From positions 832,001-896,000 of the forward strand of contig OY968762.1 of assembly GCA_963695225.1 (NCBI GenBank): a stretch of 64,000 nucleotides of DNA. The letters are read 5' to 3'. Positions 41,899 through 52,215 of this stretch are shown one piece after another; positions within the stretch are counted from its first letter, which is position 1, and every line of letters starts with the position of its first letter. The notes beneath the pieces are model-generated. The model was given only the letters and a program-made list of their open reading frames with translations. It was not told the DNA's origin and did not search any database. The position numbers and the translations under genes are program-made. This DNA comes from Vulcanimicrobiota bacterium. Its GTDB lineage: Bacteria; Vulcanimicrobiota; Vulcanimicrobiia; Vulcanimicrobiales; Vulcanimicrobiaceae.

Positions 41899-42111
41899 AT
41901 GGACGACTATAAGAACAGCCTCCCCGGCGAAGTCGACGACCATCCCGATTCGGGTATGCTCCATCAATTGCGCACGCAGGCCGATAAGGAACGCACGCTG
42001 ACTCGACATGAAGCCGACGTCGCCGGGATTACCGACACCCCGGAGACCGAGTACGGCGAGGGCTCGCTCAACCCGAATGCCGAGGACCAGCGCGATGCCC
42101 ATAAGGCATGA
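41899..42111 (+). CDS. Small acidic hypothetical protein
   Basis: 70-aa ORF with coding-like composition; no family recognised. Confidence 0.45.
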   Translation: MDDYKNSLPGEVDDHPDSGMLHQLRTQADKERTLTRHEADVAGITDTPETEYGEGSLNPNAEDQRDAHKA

Positions 42112-42293
42112 GGCCGGGAGTTGAACCAGCCGCAATTTACGACGGGACGGGGGCCGAAGGTCTGCAGCTCACGTCGATGCGCATCGCCGGACTATGCCTT
42201 TGGCGCGACGATCCATTGGCGCGCTGCATCCGCCTCACTAGAACTAAAGGCGCGGGCTCTTCCGGGGAGCGGAGGAGAGTCTTCAGCTCGGCT

Positions 42294-42770
42294 TCAGTCG
42301 CCATGATACCCCAAACGTTCCTGCTCGCTGGGCTCCTGTTGGGACATCGGGAAGTGCGGGTACAGGTATCCGGAGCCCCAATACGGTGAAAGCCCGTAGT
42401 AGCCGTAGAACGGCTCCCAGTATTCTCGCGGTGGCCTGTCAATAAGGGCAGGATCGTAGGCCGGTGAGTTGACGACGCGATCGCGTGTTTCGTTGATATG
42501 GACCCTGTCTTTGGCAACGCTCGTTATTGCATCGACCGGAAGCAGAAAGTGCCGGTCGCCGAGACCGAGGAAACCACCCGCACGAACTTCGAGCATCCGG
42601 ACCTTCCGCTCGCCCACGTCGATGAACAGAGCGCTTACGCGACCAATCTCCTCATTGTGCCGATCGATCACTTTGCGATTGCGGATGTCCTGAGCCGAGT
42701 CTGCAAGAGCGAGGTCCGTATCGTTCAGCTTTGCAAGTTCAGTATTCGTCGCATGTTGACGTTGGCTCAT
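42294..42770 (-). CDS. PRC-barrel domain protein
   Basis: DIRNRKVID..IGRV..LFID..GGFLGLG..LLPVDAI..PAYDP. Confidence 0.88.
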   Translation of the reverse strand: MSQRQHATNTELAKLNDTDLALADSAQDIRNRKVIDRHNEEIGRVSALFIDVGERKVRMLEVRAGGFLGLGDRHFLLPVDAITSVAKDRVHINETRDRVVNSPAYDPALIDRPPREYWEPFYGYYGLSPYWGSGYLYPHFPMSQQEPSEQERLGYHGD

Positions 42771-43163
42771 GGTATCTTCCTGTAATGCCTCGGTTGGCCG
42801 CGAAGTTCGCTGCGCCGGCTGAAGCCGGCCTGGAACTGACCCGATTTCGTAGACAAGTGATTGAACCTAAATGCTGCATTTCTGATGTTCACATGTCTCG
42901 AATTTGACGGGACTACGGTAAGACAACAGTCAAGTCTAATCGTTGCTCATTGTACCATGTCTCAATGTAGGCGTAAATAGATTGTACGTGCATCGTCGCG
43001 CATACTCCATCTTTGTCGATGAATCAATTCCGTCTTGATCGTTGCGCTGAAGCTCTCCACCACCGTCGTCGCGGGCGATACGCTGCGAAACATCCGCTCA
43101 GCGATCGGAACGACGCCGGCGTCCCTGTAACTTCACGATACCAGGGCGAGCTTAGATGCGTCG

Positions 43164-43320
43164 GTGAGCGCAAAACTCGTCGCGTTTGGCCTCTATGTCC
43201 TTGGCGACCGAGTGTTTCATCTCGACGATCCGCGTCTCCAGACACTGCTGTACCTGTTGCTGTCCGTTGCCGGGCGTCTCACGACATACCTCACGCGCAC
43301 GCGCGGCCCGTGGTGCTCGA
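43164..43320 (+). pseudogene. Relic of a second H+-ATPase (C-terminal TM segment)
   Basis: FGLYVLGDRVFHLDDPRLQTLLYLLLSVAGRLTTYLTRTRGPW aligns with [43 protein letters not shown] of the intact gene. Confidence 0.75.
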
Positions 43321-43399
43321 CATTATGCATTTGGCTCGACGATTCACTCGCGCGCGGGAAGCAAGAAGCGGAACGCGTTTCAAAGGAGCGGTAGAGCGG

Positions 43400-44884
43400 C
43401 TACGAGGTGGCGTACACCTGCGTCAGGTGGCCCGTGAAGAGCATCACGAGCGCCAGCACGCCGAGCCCCACAATCGCTATCGCCGCGATCAGCTCGACTT
43501 TGTTGAACGGGCGGTCGCCGGGCGCACTCTCCCTGCGCGCCCAGATGAACACGATGTTGCCCAGCGCAAAGAACACCATGCCGGCAAGCATGTATTGCAG
43601 GCCGGCGGCATAGACGAGCCAGAGGCCGTAGATCGTCCCTAGCACGCTGCAGACGAGCGCCCCAGCTTTTCCGCTCTTCGCCGTCGCCGGGTACTGCCCG
43701 AGCGCCATCAGCTTCCAAAGGTAGCCGGTCGACCCGAGGTAGGCGGGCAAGATCATGACGCCTGTGATCGAGAGCATTACGTTCCAGGCATTTTGCGAAA
43801 AAAAGACGAGAATCATCGCCGCCTGCATCACGGCAGTCGAAACCCACAGCGAAACCGAAGGCGCCCCGTACTTGTTCGTCGCCGCGAACTCCTTCGGGTA
43901 GGTGCCGTCCTTGGCGCCTGCCCACGGCAACTGCGCGACCAGGATCGTCCAGACGAGCCAGCACGAGACGATCGCGATCATCGTGCCGGCGGTGACGAAG
44001 TTTCGTGCCCAGGTCCCCATCAGCGATCCAGCGATCAGTGCCATCGACGGCGGCGCGATCGCGGAGAGCTGGCCTTGCGACATCACGCCGAACGGGAGCA
44101 CGGAGACGATCACATAGAGGGCCGTGACGATCATGAATCCCAGCAGCGTCGCGCGGCTGACCGTCTTTGGGTCGGAGTTGTCGGACATGACGACCGCGCC
44201 TTCGATGCCGATGTAGACCCAAAGCGTGACCAACATCGTGCTTTTCACCTGCCCGAGCAGACTTCCGAGCGGCTTGTCTTCGAGCGCGCGGGAGGTCAGA
44301 TGCCCCCAAAAGTCCGTTCCCAACATCCCCACCTTCATCGCGAGCGCCACGATGACGATGAAGAACAGGAGCGGGATGAACTTGCCGAGCGTTCCGATGA
44401 TGTTCAGCGCGGAGGCGCCCTTGATGCCGCGCAACACGAGCCAGTTCATGATCCAGAAGATGAGCGAAGCCAGCAGGATCGCTTGCCAGGTGTTCCCGCC
44501 CTTGAAGTATGGCGGGAAGAAATAGTTCAACGCGTCCATCAAGAGGACGCCGAAGCCGACGTTCCCGAACGCCGACGAAAGCCAATACCCCCACGCGATC
44601 TGGAATCCAGCGTACTTGCCGAATCCGTTGCGCGAGTACATGTAGATCCCCGATTTCAGCTCAGGCTTGATGTCGGCGAGGACCTGAAACGTCCGCGCCA
44701 TGAAGTACATGCCGAGGCCGGAGATGAGCCACGCGATCAGCACCGCGCCGAGCGCGGCCGATTGCGCCATGTTCTGCGGCAGGTTCATGACGCCGCCGCC
44801 GACCATCGCGCTGATGACCAGCATCGTCATGGCGAACAGGCCGAGTTTGTGGGGGGCCTTCGGAGCCGCTTGTGAAGTGGCCAT
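43400..44884 (-). CDS. Basic amino acid/polyamine antiporter (APC, ArcD/LysI-like)
   Basis: GAGGG RBS; MVGGGVMNLPQNMA, WGYWLS, TLWVYIGIEGAVV; many TM segments. Confidence 0.92.
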   Translation of the reverse strand: MATSQAAPKAPHKLGLFAMTMLVISAMVGGGVMNLPQNMAQSAALGAVLIAWLISGLGMYFMARTFQVLADIKPELKSGIYMYSRNGFGKYAGFQIAWGYWLSSAFGNVGFGVLLMDALNYFFPPYFKGGNTWQAILLASLIFWIMNWLVLRGIKGASALNIIGTLGKFIPLLFFIVIVALAMKVGMLGTDFWGHLTSRALEDKPLGSLLGQVKSTMLVTLWVYIGIEGAVVMSDNSDPKTVSRATLLGFMIVTALYVIVSVLPFGVMSQGQLSAIAPPSMALIAGSLMGTWARNFVTAGTMIAIVSCWLVWTILVAQLPWAGAKDGTYPKEFAATNKYGAPSVSLWVSTAVMQAAMILVFFSQNAWNVMLSITGVMILPAYLGSTGYLWKLMALGQYPATAKSGKAGALVCSVLGTIYGLWLVYAAGLQYMLAGMVFFALGNIVFIWARRESAPGDRPFNKVELIAAIAIVGLGVLALVMLFTGHLTQVYATS

Positions 44885-47187
44885 CACAGTCCCTCCTTCA
44901 CGCATAAGATCCGGTAGCGCCCATCCTCGACCTCGACGCCGTGCGTGTCGTGGCCGAACCCTGGGAACTCCGCGTCGAACGCCTGGAGCGCCCGCAGGTA
45001 GCCGAGTAACGGGCCGTCGGCGCCGCCCGAACTCTCCCCGGGCATCATCAACGGAATCCCCGGCGGATACGGCACGACGCCCGTGGCAACGGTGCGCCCC
45101 GCCATCTGGTCGAGCGTGAGCGATTCGACCTGGCCGTTCACGAGCCGCTCGTACGCTTCGACCGGGGAGAGCACGGGCGCGGGCAGCACGCCGAAGGCCG
45201 CCGCGAGCAACTCGGTGGTCCGATGTTTCTTGACCGCCGCGAACATCGCGTTCGCGAGCTCGGCGATCCCGAGTGCGCCATACTGTTCGGGATGGGCCGC
45301 GGCGAGTGCTGGTATGGCCCGGGCGAGCGGCGTATCGGCGAGAAGATCGCGGTGGAGCGCGAGCAGTGCGTTGACGAGCGTCCCCCACTTGCCGCGCGTC
45401 ACGCCCATCGAGAACAGGAACAGGCTCGTGAAGTCCGTCGTCTTCTCGACGACGATCCCTTGCGCGTCGAGGTACGCTGCCAGCAACGAGGCCGGAACGC
45501 CGCTCGCCTGCAGCTTCCCGTCACGTCCCATGCCGGGCGTCACGATCGAGACCTTGATCGGGTCGAGCAGGCAATACCCGTCTTCGATCGCGCCGAAGCC
45601 GTGCCACGGCTCGCCGGGGTGAAGGACCCACGCGTTCGGGTCGCACGCGAGTTGCTCGGGATCGGCCAAGTGAAACGGCGTCGCCTTGCCGGTCCGCGCG
45701 TCGGCGACGGCGTCCGGCTGCCAGGCGTTGAAGAACCAGCCGCCTTCGGCCTGGAACTCGGCACTAAGCCGCGCGAGCGTCTGCCGGAACGCGACGGCTT
45801 CGCGGATCGATTCGCCGGTCAGCGCCTCGCCGGACGGCCCGTCCATCATCGCCGCGGCGATGTCGTTCGACGCGATGATCGCATACTGCGGCGAGGTCGA
45901 GGCGTGCATCATGAACGCCTCGTTGAAGCGCGCGTGGCCGATCGGACGGCGGCCGTCCCGCACGTGGATGTACGAGGCCTGCGAGAGTGCCGCCAGCAGC
46001 TTGTGCGTCGACTGCGTCGCGAAGAGCGTCGGGTGACCCTCTCGCGAATCGCCCGGGTCGCCGTGCATCGCGAAGCGCTTGGCGTAAAGCGGGTTGAAGC
46101 GCGCGTAGCCGAACCAAGCCTCGTCGAAATGCAGCCGGTCGACCGATTGCCCGAGCAACGCCTCGACCCGCTCGACGTTGTAGCACAGGCCGTCGTACGT
46201 CGAGTTCGTTACGACCGCGTGGCGCGGCGTACGGTCGGCGCCGGATTTGACTAGCGCGTTGGCCGCGATGCTCGTGCGGATCGCGGCGGGTTCGAGGTGG
46301 TCCGCATGGATTGGGCCGATCAAGCCCAGGTAATTGCGCGACGGCATTAGATACGTCGGGATCGCGCCCGACAGCGTCATCCCGTGCTCGACCGACTTGT
46401 GGCAGTTGCGGTCGCAGAGCGCGATCTGGTCGCGCGTCACGCTCGCCATCAGGATCACGCGGTTCGACGTGGAGGAGCCGTTGGTGATGAAGTACGTGCG
46501 GTCCGCGCCGAACACGCCCGCGGCGTAGCGCTCCGCTTCGCCGATCGGGCCGGAGTGGTCGAGCAGCGAACCCAGTTCGCCAACCGAGATCGAAAGATCC
46601 GAGCGGAAGAGCTCCTCGCCGAAGAATTCGAAGAACGCGCGGCCCGCCGGGTGTTTGAGAAAGGCCGTACCGCCCGCGTGCCCCGGTGTGTGCCACGAGT
46701 ACTCGTAGGTCCCCGCGAACGCGGCCAGCGCCTTGAACATCGGCGGCAACAACGTCGCTCGATAGCGATCGATCGCGGCGGCGACGCGGCCGCCGACGAA
46801 ATCCGGGGTGTCTTCGAACAGCCAGATATAATCGTTGACGTGCTCGAGGATGCTGGTCGGGATCCCGGCGAGCGAGCCGCTCGAGGCGAGCAGGAACACC
46901 GGCAGCCGCGCGGCCCGCCTGCGCACGGCGGCGATCACGTTCCGTGCGCTCGCATGCTCCGGTGGCCCCGCGAGCTCCCAATCGATCAAGACGGCTTGGA
47001 GCAGCGCGTTGGTCGCGATCTGCGCCTCGGCCTCGCCTTGCGAGACGGCATCGACGACGTCGATCTCGCGGTCGTGCAGGTCGCCGATCAAGGCGGCCGT
47101 CGCGCGGCCCGCCGCGCTCGTGGCGTCCAGGCCGTTGTGCACGACGAGAGCGCTGCGGCAGAAGAGGATTCCCGGAACGCTCGGCAT
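44884..47187 (-). CDS. Lys/Arg decarboxylase (AAT-fold, LdcA/AdiA-like)
   Basis: Receiver-like wing domain, WHTPGHAGG, DRNCHKS, HFDEAW, PLP site TQSTHKLLAALSQAS. Confidence 0.92.
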   Translation of the reverse strand: MPSVPGILFCRSALVVHNGLDATSAAGRATAALIGDLHDREIDVVDAVSQGEAEAQIATNALLQAVLIDWELAGPPEHASARNVIAAVRRRAARLPVFLLASSGSLAGIPTSILEHVNDYIWLFEDTPDFVGGRVAAAIDRYRATLLPPMFKALAAFAGTYEYSWHTPGHAGGTAFLKHPAGRAFFEFFGEELFRSDLSISVGELGSLLDHSGPIGEAERYAAGVFGADRTYFITNGSSTSNRVILMASVTRDQIALCDRNCHKSVEHGMTLSGAIPTYLMPSRNYLGLIGPIHADHLEPAAIRTSIAANALVKSGADRTPRHAVVTNSTYDGLCYNVERVEALLGQSVDRLHFDEAWFGYARFNPLYAKRFAMHGDPGDSREGHPTLFATQSTHKLLAALSQASYIHVRDGRRPIGHARFNEAFMMHASTSPQYAIIASNDIAAAMMDGPSGEALTGESIREAVAFRQTLARLSAEFQAEGGWFFNAWQPDAVADARTGKATPFHLADPEQLACDPNAWVLHPGEPWHGFGAIEDGYCLLDPIKVSIVTPGMGRDGKLQASGVPASLLAAYLDAQGIVVEKTTDFTSLFLFSMGVTRGKWGTLVNALLALHRDLLADTPLARAIPALAAAHPEQYGALGIAELANAMFAAVKKHRTTELLAAAFGVLPAPVLSPVEAYERLVNGQVESLTLDQMAGRTVATGVVPYPPGIPLMMPGESSGGADGPLLGYLRALQAFDAEFPGFGHDTHGVEVEDGRYRILCVKEGL

Positions 47188-47192
47188 GCGCG

Positions 47193-49556
47193 CTACTCCT
47201 TTACCACGTAGGTGTGGAACACGATCTTCCCGTCGACGTCCTCGGCGTAGACGCCCTGGACTTCGTACGCGAAGCCGGGGAAGCGATTGAACGCTTCCTC
47301 GAAAACGAGGAAGTAGTCGAGCATCGGCTGTGCGCGCTCGTCGTAGCGCTCTCCCGGGACGACGATCCCGATCCCGGGCGGGTAGATCAGCGCCAGCACG
47401 GCGGCGACCCGGCCCTTGCACTGCGAGAGCGGCAAGTAGTCGACCTCGTTGCCGACGAGCGCCTCGGTCGCGCGTTGCACCGACATCGCCTGCCCGGGGA
47501 AGTGTTCGGCGCGAAAGCACAAGCGCTGCAGTTCCTTGATGTCGCGCTCCCGATAGAAGCCGTGCATCTCGTCGCACAATCGGCGGAGCGTGTAGCCGGC
47601 GTAGCGCTCGGGATAGCGCGCGGACGCGCTCGGCAGGACGTCCTCGAGCACCGCGTCCGCGTCGTAGAGTTCCTTGAACGCGACCAGACGCGAGATCAGC
47701 GACGCGCACTTCGACGGTTCGGTCGCGGGCGTCATCAGGAACAGGATGCTGTTGAGATCGCACTTTTCCGGGATGATGTTGTGCTCCCGAAGGTACGCTG
47801 AGAGCAGCACCGCGGGGATCCCGATCTTCCGGTAGTCGCCCGTCTCGCGGTCGAGCCCGGGCGTGATCAGCGTCAGCTTGTTGGGGTCGGTCATCGCCCA
47901 GCCCTGCGCAGCGTTGCGAAAGCCGTGCCAGCTCGCGCCGGGCGCGAACGCCCAATAGGCCTGCTCGCGCGCCAGCACGTCCGTGGGAATGCTCTCCCAC
48001 GGTACTCGGTCGAGATCGGGGCTGACCTTGGAGCCTACGGGCGTCACGACGTCGGGGACGAAGGGGTCAAAGAACCACGACGTGCGCTCGTCGTTTGTTG
48101 CCGCAAACTCGGCTCCCAGCGTGCGCAGCTTCTTGCGCGTCTCGATGCCGATGCGGACCGCGTCGTCCCACAAAGCGAGGCCGTTGCGTCCCTCGTGCAT
48201 CCGCGCATCGACGTCGAGACAGGCGAACAGCGGGTAGAACGGGGAGGTCGAGCAATGCAGCATGTACATCTCGTTGAAGCGCCGGTGCTCGGTGCGCCGC
48301 TGCTGCCCCTTGATGTGGTGGTCGCGGACGTGAATCTGCGAGGCCTGCGAGAAACCGGCGAGCTGCTTGTGCGTCGATTGGGAGGCGACGATACCGGGGC
48401 TTTGCGCATCGAGGTTCGCGACGCCCATCGCATAGTGCCCGGCGAAGAGCGGGTGGAACTTCATGAAGCCGGCCCAAGCTTCGTCGAAGAATACGTAGTC
48501 GCACAGCCGGCCGATGCGTTCGATGACCTTGGTCGCGTTGTAAATCGTGCCGTCGTAACTACACTGCTCGATGATCGCGAGACGGAACGGGCGCTCGCGC
48601 TTCCAGGCGCCCTTGTCGGTGACGAGCGGATGCGTGCGGATCTGCTCTCGCAACTTCCCTTCGTCGAGTGCGTCGTAGTCGATCGGGCCGATCAAGCCCT
48701 GCGGATTGCGGTCGGTCTCGACGTAGACCGGGATCGCGCCCGCGAGCAGCAGCGCGCCTTGGTGGTTCGACTTATGGTTGTTCCGGTCGAACAGGACGAG
48801 ATCGCCGCGTTTGAGCAACGCCGCCGAGATAACCTTGTTCGACGTCGACGTTCCGTTCAGGATGAAGTACGTGCGGTCGGCGCCGAATACTTTCGCGGCG
48901 GCTTTTTCCGCGGCAAGCGCCGGGCCTTCGTGGATCAGCAGATCGCCGAGCTCCGGGACCGAATTATCGAGGTCGTTGCGGAAGATCGCTTCGCCGAGAT
49001 GCTCGACGAAAAGCCGGCCCGCCGGGCTGCGGCGATAGAACTCGCCGCCCTGGTGCCCCGGGCACGTCCACATCTGGTTGCCTTCGTAATCGTGGTCCAT
49101 CAGCGCGCCGAAGAACGGCGGTTTCAGGCTCGCCGCGTAGCGCTCTAGCGCGAAGACGACTTCCTTCGCCGAGAAATCCGGCGTCTCGTTGTCGAGATAG
49201 ACGTAGCCCGATACTTCGCCGAGCGGAACGAGCGAGAGCGACTCGACGCCCTTCAACTCGCTGACGAGATAGATCGGCGTGTCGAGGCCGCGCTGCCGCC
49301 GGATGTAATCGACGAGTTGCTGCACATCGGGTTCGTTCGGTCCGTCGATCGCAAGCAAGAAGCAGCCGATCGCCATGTCGCTCTCGGCGGCAACGTGCGC
49401 GCCTTTCGGCGTCGACACGAGATCGGTGTGATAGCCGCAGCCGGCGATCGCATCGAGGAGACGCTGCGTCAAGCGGCCTTCGTCGCCATGCGGCGCACCC
49501 TCGAAGGACGCGCTGTACAGGAGAAAATGGAAGAGCTTCTGGTAGGGGATCGCCAT
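47193..49556 (-). CDS. Ornithine decarboxylase (SpeF/SpeC-like)
   Basis: CPGHQGG, GDLLIHEG, FDRNNHKS, QSTHKQLAGFSQ, EKCDLNSILFL, PGFAYEVQGVY. Start 49556 or 49577. Confidence 0.9.
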   Translation of the reverse strand: MAIPYQKLFHFLLYSASFEGAPHGDEGRLTQRLLDAIAGCGYHTDLVSTPKGAHVAAESDMAIGCFLLAIDGPNEPDVQQLVDYIRRQRGLDTPIYLVSELKGVESLSLVPLGEVSGYVYLDNETPDFSAKEVVFALERYAASLKPPFFGALMDHDYEGNQMWTCPGHQGGEFYRRSPAGRLFVEHLGEAIFRNDLDNSVPELGDLLIHEGPALAAEKAAAKVFGADRTYFILNGTSTSNKVISAALLKRGDLVLFDRNNHKSNHQGALLLAGAIPVYVETDRNPQGLIGPIDYDALDEGKLREQIRTHPLVTDKGAWKRERPFRLAIIEQCSYDGTIYNATKVIERIGRLCDYVFFDEAWAGFMKFHPLFAGHYAMGVANLDAQSPGIVASQSTHKQLAGFSQASQIHVRDHHIKGQQRRTEHRRFNEMYMLHCSTSPFYPLFACLDVDARMHEGRNGLALWDDAVRIGIETRKKLRTLGAEFAATNDERTSWFFDPFVPDVVTPVGSKVSPDLDRVPWESIPTDVLAREQAYWAFAPGASWHGFRNAAQGWAMTDPNKLTLITPGLDRETGDYRKIGIPAVLLSAYLREHNIIPEKCDLNSILFLMTPATEPSKCASLISRLVAFKELYDADAVLEDVLPSASARYPERYAGYTLRRLCDEMHGFYRERDIKELQRLCFRAEHFPGQAMSVQRATEALVGNEVDYLPLSQCKGRVAAVLALIYPPGIGIVVPGERYDERAQPMLDYFLVFEEAFNRFPGFAYEVQGVYAEDVDGKIVFHTYVVKE

Positions 49557-49895
49557 TTCGCACACTTTCGGCCGCACGACGCCGCCGACGTGATTGCGCC
49601 CGACAATCCTGGCGTGCGCCTTCGCAATCTCGTCGTTGCCGAACGGCCCGGCGAGCCTCTCTTTGCCCCAAGAGGAGAGCCGGATTCTTGGGATCCGGAC
49701 TCCACATCGGTTATATCATGCGGTAAGGAAAGGCCGCTATCCCTAAATCTCGCGATACAGCGGGGGGGACGATCCGGATCGCCGCGACGCCGATCCGCTC
49801 GCACGGCGTACCGGCGATTCACCCATGGCACGGGCGTTCTGCCCGCGGATCCCACATGGCGTTTATGCCCGCAAGCAAAGTGGGAACAGCCGAAT

Positions 49896-51059
49896 ATGAG
49901 AGTCTTATTCGTGGGGTCTTATCCGCCGCGCGAGTGTGGAGTTGCCACCTTCACACGGGATTTGGTCGCGGGCATCGGCGGCTCCGGCCTCGCAACCTGC
50001 GATGTCATAGCGATCGACGAGCAGGTGGGCATCAACCGGGACTATCCGCCCGAGGTGGTCGCACGCATCCAGCGCGACGATCGTGCATCGTATTTTGCCG
50101 CAGCGGCGTTTGCTAGCGCTCGGCCGTACGACGTGGTGTGCGTGCAGCACGAGTATGGATTGTTCGGCGGCCACGTGGGAGGGATGTTCCTGCATTTCGT
50201 CAAGGCGCTCCGCAAGCCGCTCGTCGTCTCGATGCATACAGTCCTCTCCACGCCCTGCTCCGCGATGCGCGAGGTGGCGCAAGAGGTCGGGAAACGGGCC
50301 AATAAGGTGGTCGTGCTATCCCCCTCCGGCGCGGGAATCCTCGAATCCGCGTACGGGCTCGGAAGCGGCAGCGTCGAGATGATCCATCACGGCGTGCCGG
50401 ACGTGCCGTACACAAGAACTGCGGCGGCGAAGGCGCACCTTGGGCTGCAAGGGCGTAAGGTGGTGACGACGTTTGGGTTGCTCAACAGCGGCAAGGGCAT
50501 CGAATACGCGATCGATGCGATCGAAGACATCCGGCGCAAGCACCCCGACGTGCTGTACCTGGTGCTGGGCAAGACGCATCCCGGCGTGCTGCAGGTCGAG
50601 GGTGAAGCGTATCGCTCGCGGCTGGCGCAGCAAATCAAAGAGCGCGCCCTGCAGAGGAACGTGACCTTCGTCGATCGCTACTTCGCCATCGGCGAGTTGC
50701 TGGAATATCTCGCTGCGACCGATATTTACGTCACGCCGTATCTCGACCGCGAGCAGATCGTCAGCGGGACGCTCGCCTATGCGGTGGGCTGCGGCAAGCC
50801 GGTGGTCTCGACGCCGTATCGCTACGCGGTCGATTTGCTGGCGGAAGGCCGCGGCGTCCTATGCGACTTCTCAGATTCGCGATCGCTCTCGACCGCGTTC
50901 GATCGCCTGCTGAGCGATGACGCGCTGCGCACGGGAATCACGGCGAAGGCTTGGGCGTTCGGGCGGCAGATGACGTGGGACAACGTTGCGCGCGAGTACA
51001 CGAAGCTCTTCAAGCGCGTACAAACCAGCGAGACACTGCTCTCCGCCTACGTTGCGTAA
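49896..51059 (+). CDS. Glycosyltransferase family 4
   Basis: SYPPRECGVATF, QHEYGLFGG, TFGLL..KGIE, SGTLAYAVGCGKPVVSTPY. Confidence 0.92.
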   Translation: MRVLFVGSYPPRECGVATFTRDLVAGIGGSGLATCDVIAIDEQVGINRDYPPEVVARIQRDDRASYFAAAAFASARPYDVVCVQHEYGLFGGHVGGMFLHFVKALRKPLVVSMHTVLSTPCSAMREVAQEVGKRANKVVVLSPSGAGILESAYGLGSGSVEMIHHGVPDVPYTRTAAAKAHLGLQGRKVVTTFGLLNSGKGIEYAIDAIEDIRRKHPDVLYLVLGKTHPGVLQVEGEAYRSRLAQQIKERALQRNVTFVDRYFAIGELLEYLAATDIYVTPYLDREQIVSGTLAYAVGCGKPVVSTPYRYAVDLLAEGRGVLCDFSDSRSLSTAFDRLLSDDALRTGITAKAWAFGRQMTWDNVAREYTKLFKRVQTSETLLSAYVA

Positions 51060-51156
51060 CGGTCGCGACCGGGCGCTGGATCTCCGTTCGCGCTCACCAG
51101 TTGTTAGTGGGCCCGATACCAGGAATCCAGCGCCGTGAGAACGCCGACCCTGGGAG

Positions 51157-52152
51157 TTGTCGCCGGAAACGGCAGGAGCGGGCTTCACCGAGGCGCAGGC
51201 TAGAGGCATGGCGGTGGATCGGCACGCTCTCTTGGCCGAAATGGCGGGCGAGGTCAAGCTAGGGGGAACGTTCCTAGCATTGGCTGCGTCTTCGAGCGCG
51301 ATCGCCACGTTCGGCTTGCTCGCGAATAGCGTCGCGGTCATTATCGGAGCGATGCTCATCGCTCCGTTGATGACGCCGACCGTCGCGGCGGCGCTCGCTA
51401 TCATCGGCGGCGACTTCAAGCTATTTCGCTCCGCGTTGTTCGAAGTCGCCGTCGCGTCGGTTCTCGCGATCGCCTTCTCGGCGCTCATCGCGGCGGCCGT
51501 ACACCTGCCGGTTCCTGGATCTGAGATTTTGGCGCGGGGCCAGCCGAATCTCTTGGACCTGGGGGTCGCGCTTGCCGCCGGCGCGATCGCGGGGTTCGCG
51601 AGAATCCGCAAGAACATCGCGACCACCGTGGCCGGCGCGGCGATCGCAGTCGCATTAATGCCGCCCCTGTGCGTCGCCGGCATCGGGATTTCCCTGCGGA
51701 ACGGCGAGTTGGCCTACGGCGCGCTCCTGCTCTTCGTGACGAACTTTGTCGGCATCGTCGTCGCCTGCGCGCTCGTTTTCGCAGCAAGCGGCCTTGCATC
51801 TCGTTACGCACGCGGAGGCATCTTCGGCACGCTAGCCTTGCTCGCCCTAATCGCGATCCCGTTGGCACTTGCCACAGCGAGGCTCGAGGAGCAACAACGT
51901 CTCGAGGCAACCCTGCGAGCCGGGCTCCTCAACGACACCCAGACCTTCAAGCGGGTACAACTCGTCAGCACGACGATCGATTGGCTGCAGAGTCCGGTCC
52001 GCGTCGAGCTCGTCGTGCGCGCGCAGGAGCCGATCACGCCGACCCAGGTCGGCTTTCTGCAATCGTTCGCGGAGCAACGCATTCGACGAAAGCTCCAACT
52101 CGTGGTGGACGTCTCGCCCATCAGCACGGTTCGAGCCCCTGCTGCGCCGTGA
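51157..52152 (+). CDS. DUF389/TIGR00341 membrane protein
   Basis: VIIGAMLIAPLM, DLGVALAAG, AIAVALMPPL. Start may be 51208. Confidence 0.88.
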   Translation: MSPETAGAGFTEAQARGMAVDRHALLAEMAGEVKLGGTFLALAASSSAIATFGLLANSVAVIIGAMLIAPLMTPTVAAALAIIGGDFKLFRSALFEVAVASVLAIAFSALIAAAVHLPVPGSEILARGQPNLLDLGVALAAGAIAGFARIRKNIATTVAGAAIAVALMPPLCVAGIGISLRNGELAYGALLLFVTNFVGIVVACALVFAASGLASRYARGGIFGTLALLALIAIPLALATARLEEQQRLEATLRAGLLNDTQTFKRVQLVSTTIDWLQSPVRVELVVRAQEPITPTQVGFLQSFAEQRIRRKLQLVVDVSPISTVRAPAAP

Positions 52153-52215
52153 GGAAGTGCCTTCGGTGCCGTCGCGTACGCTGCGCCTCTGCGACCCTTC
52201 GTACGTGATCCCACG

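Noticed and set aside
42840..43030. AT-rich stretch with possible Crp/Fnr sites
   Set aside because: No convincing TGTGA-N6-TCACA or TTGAT-N4-ATCAA match; probably a plain promoter region.
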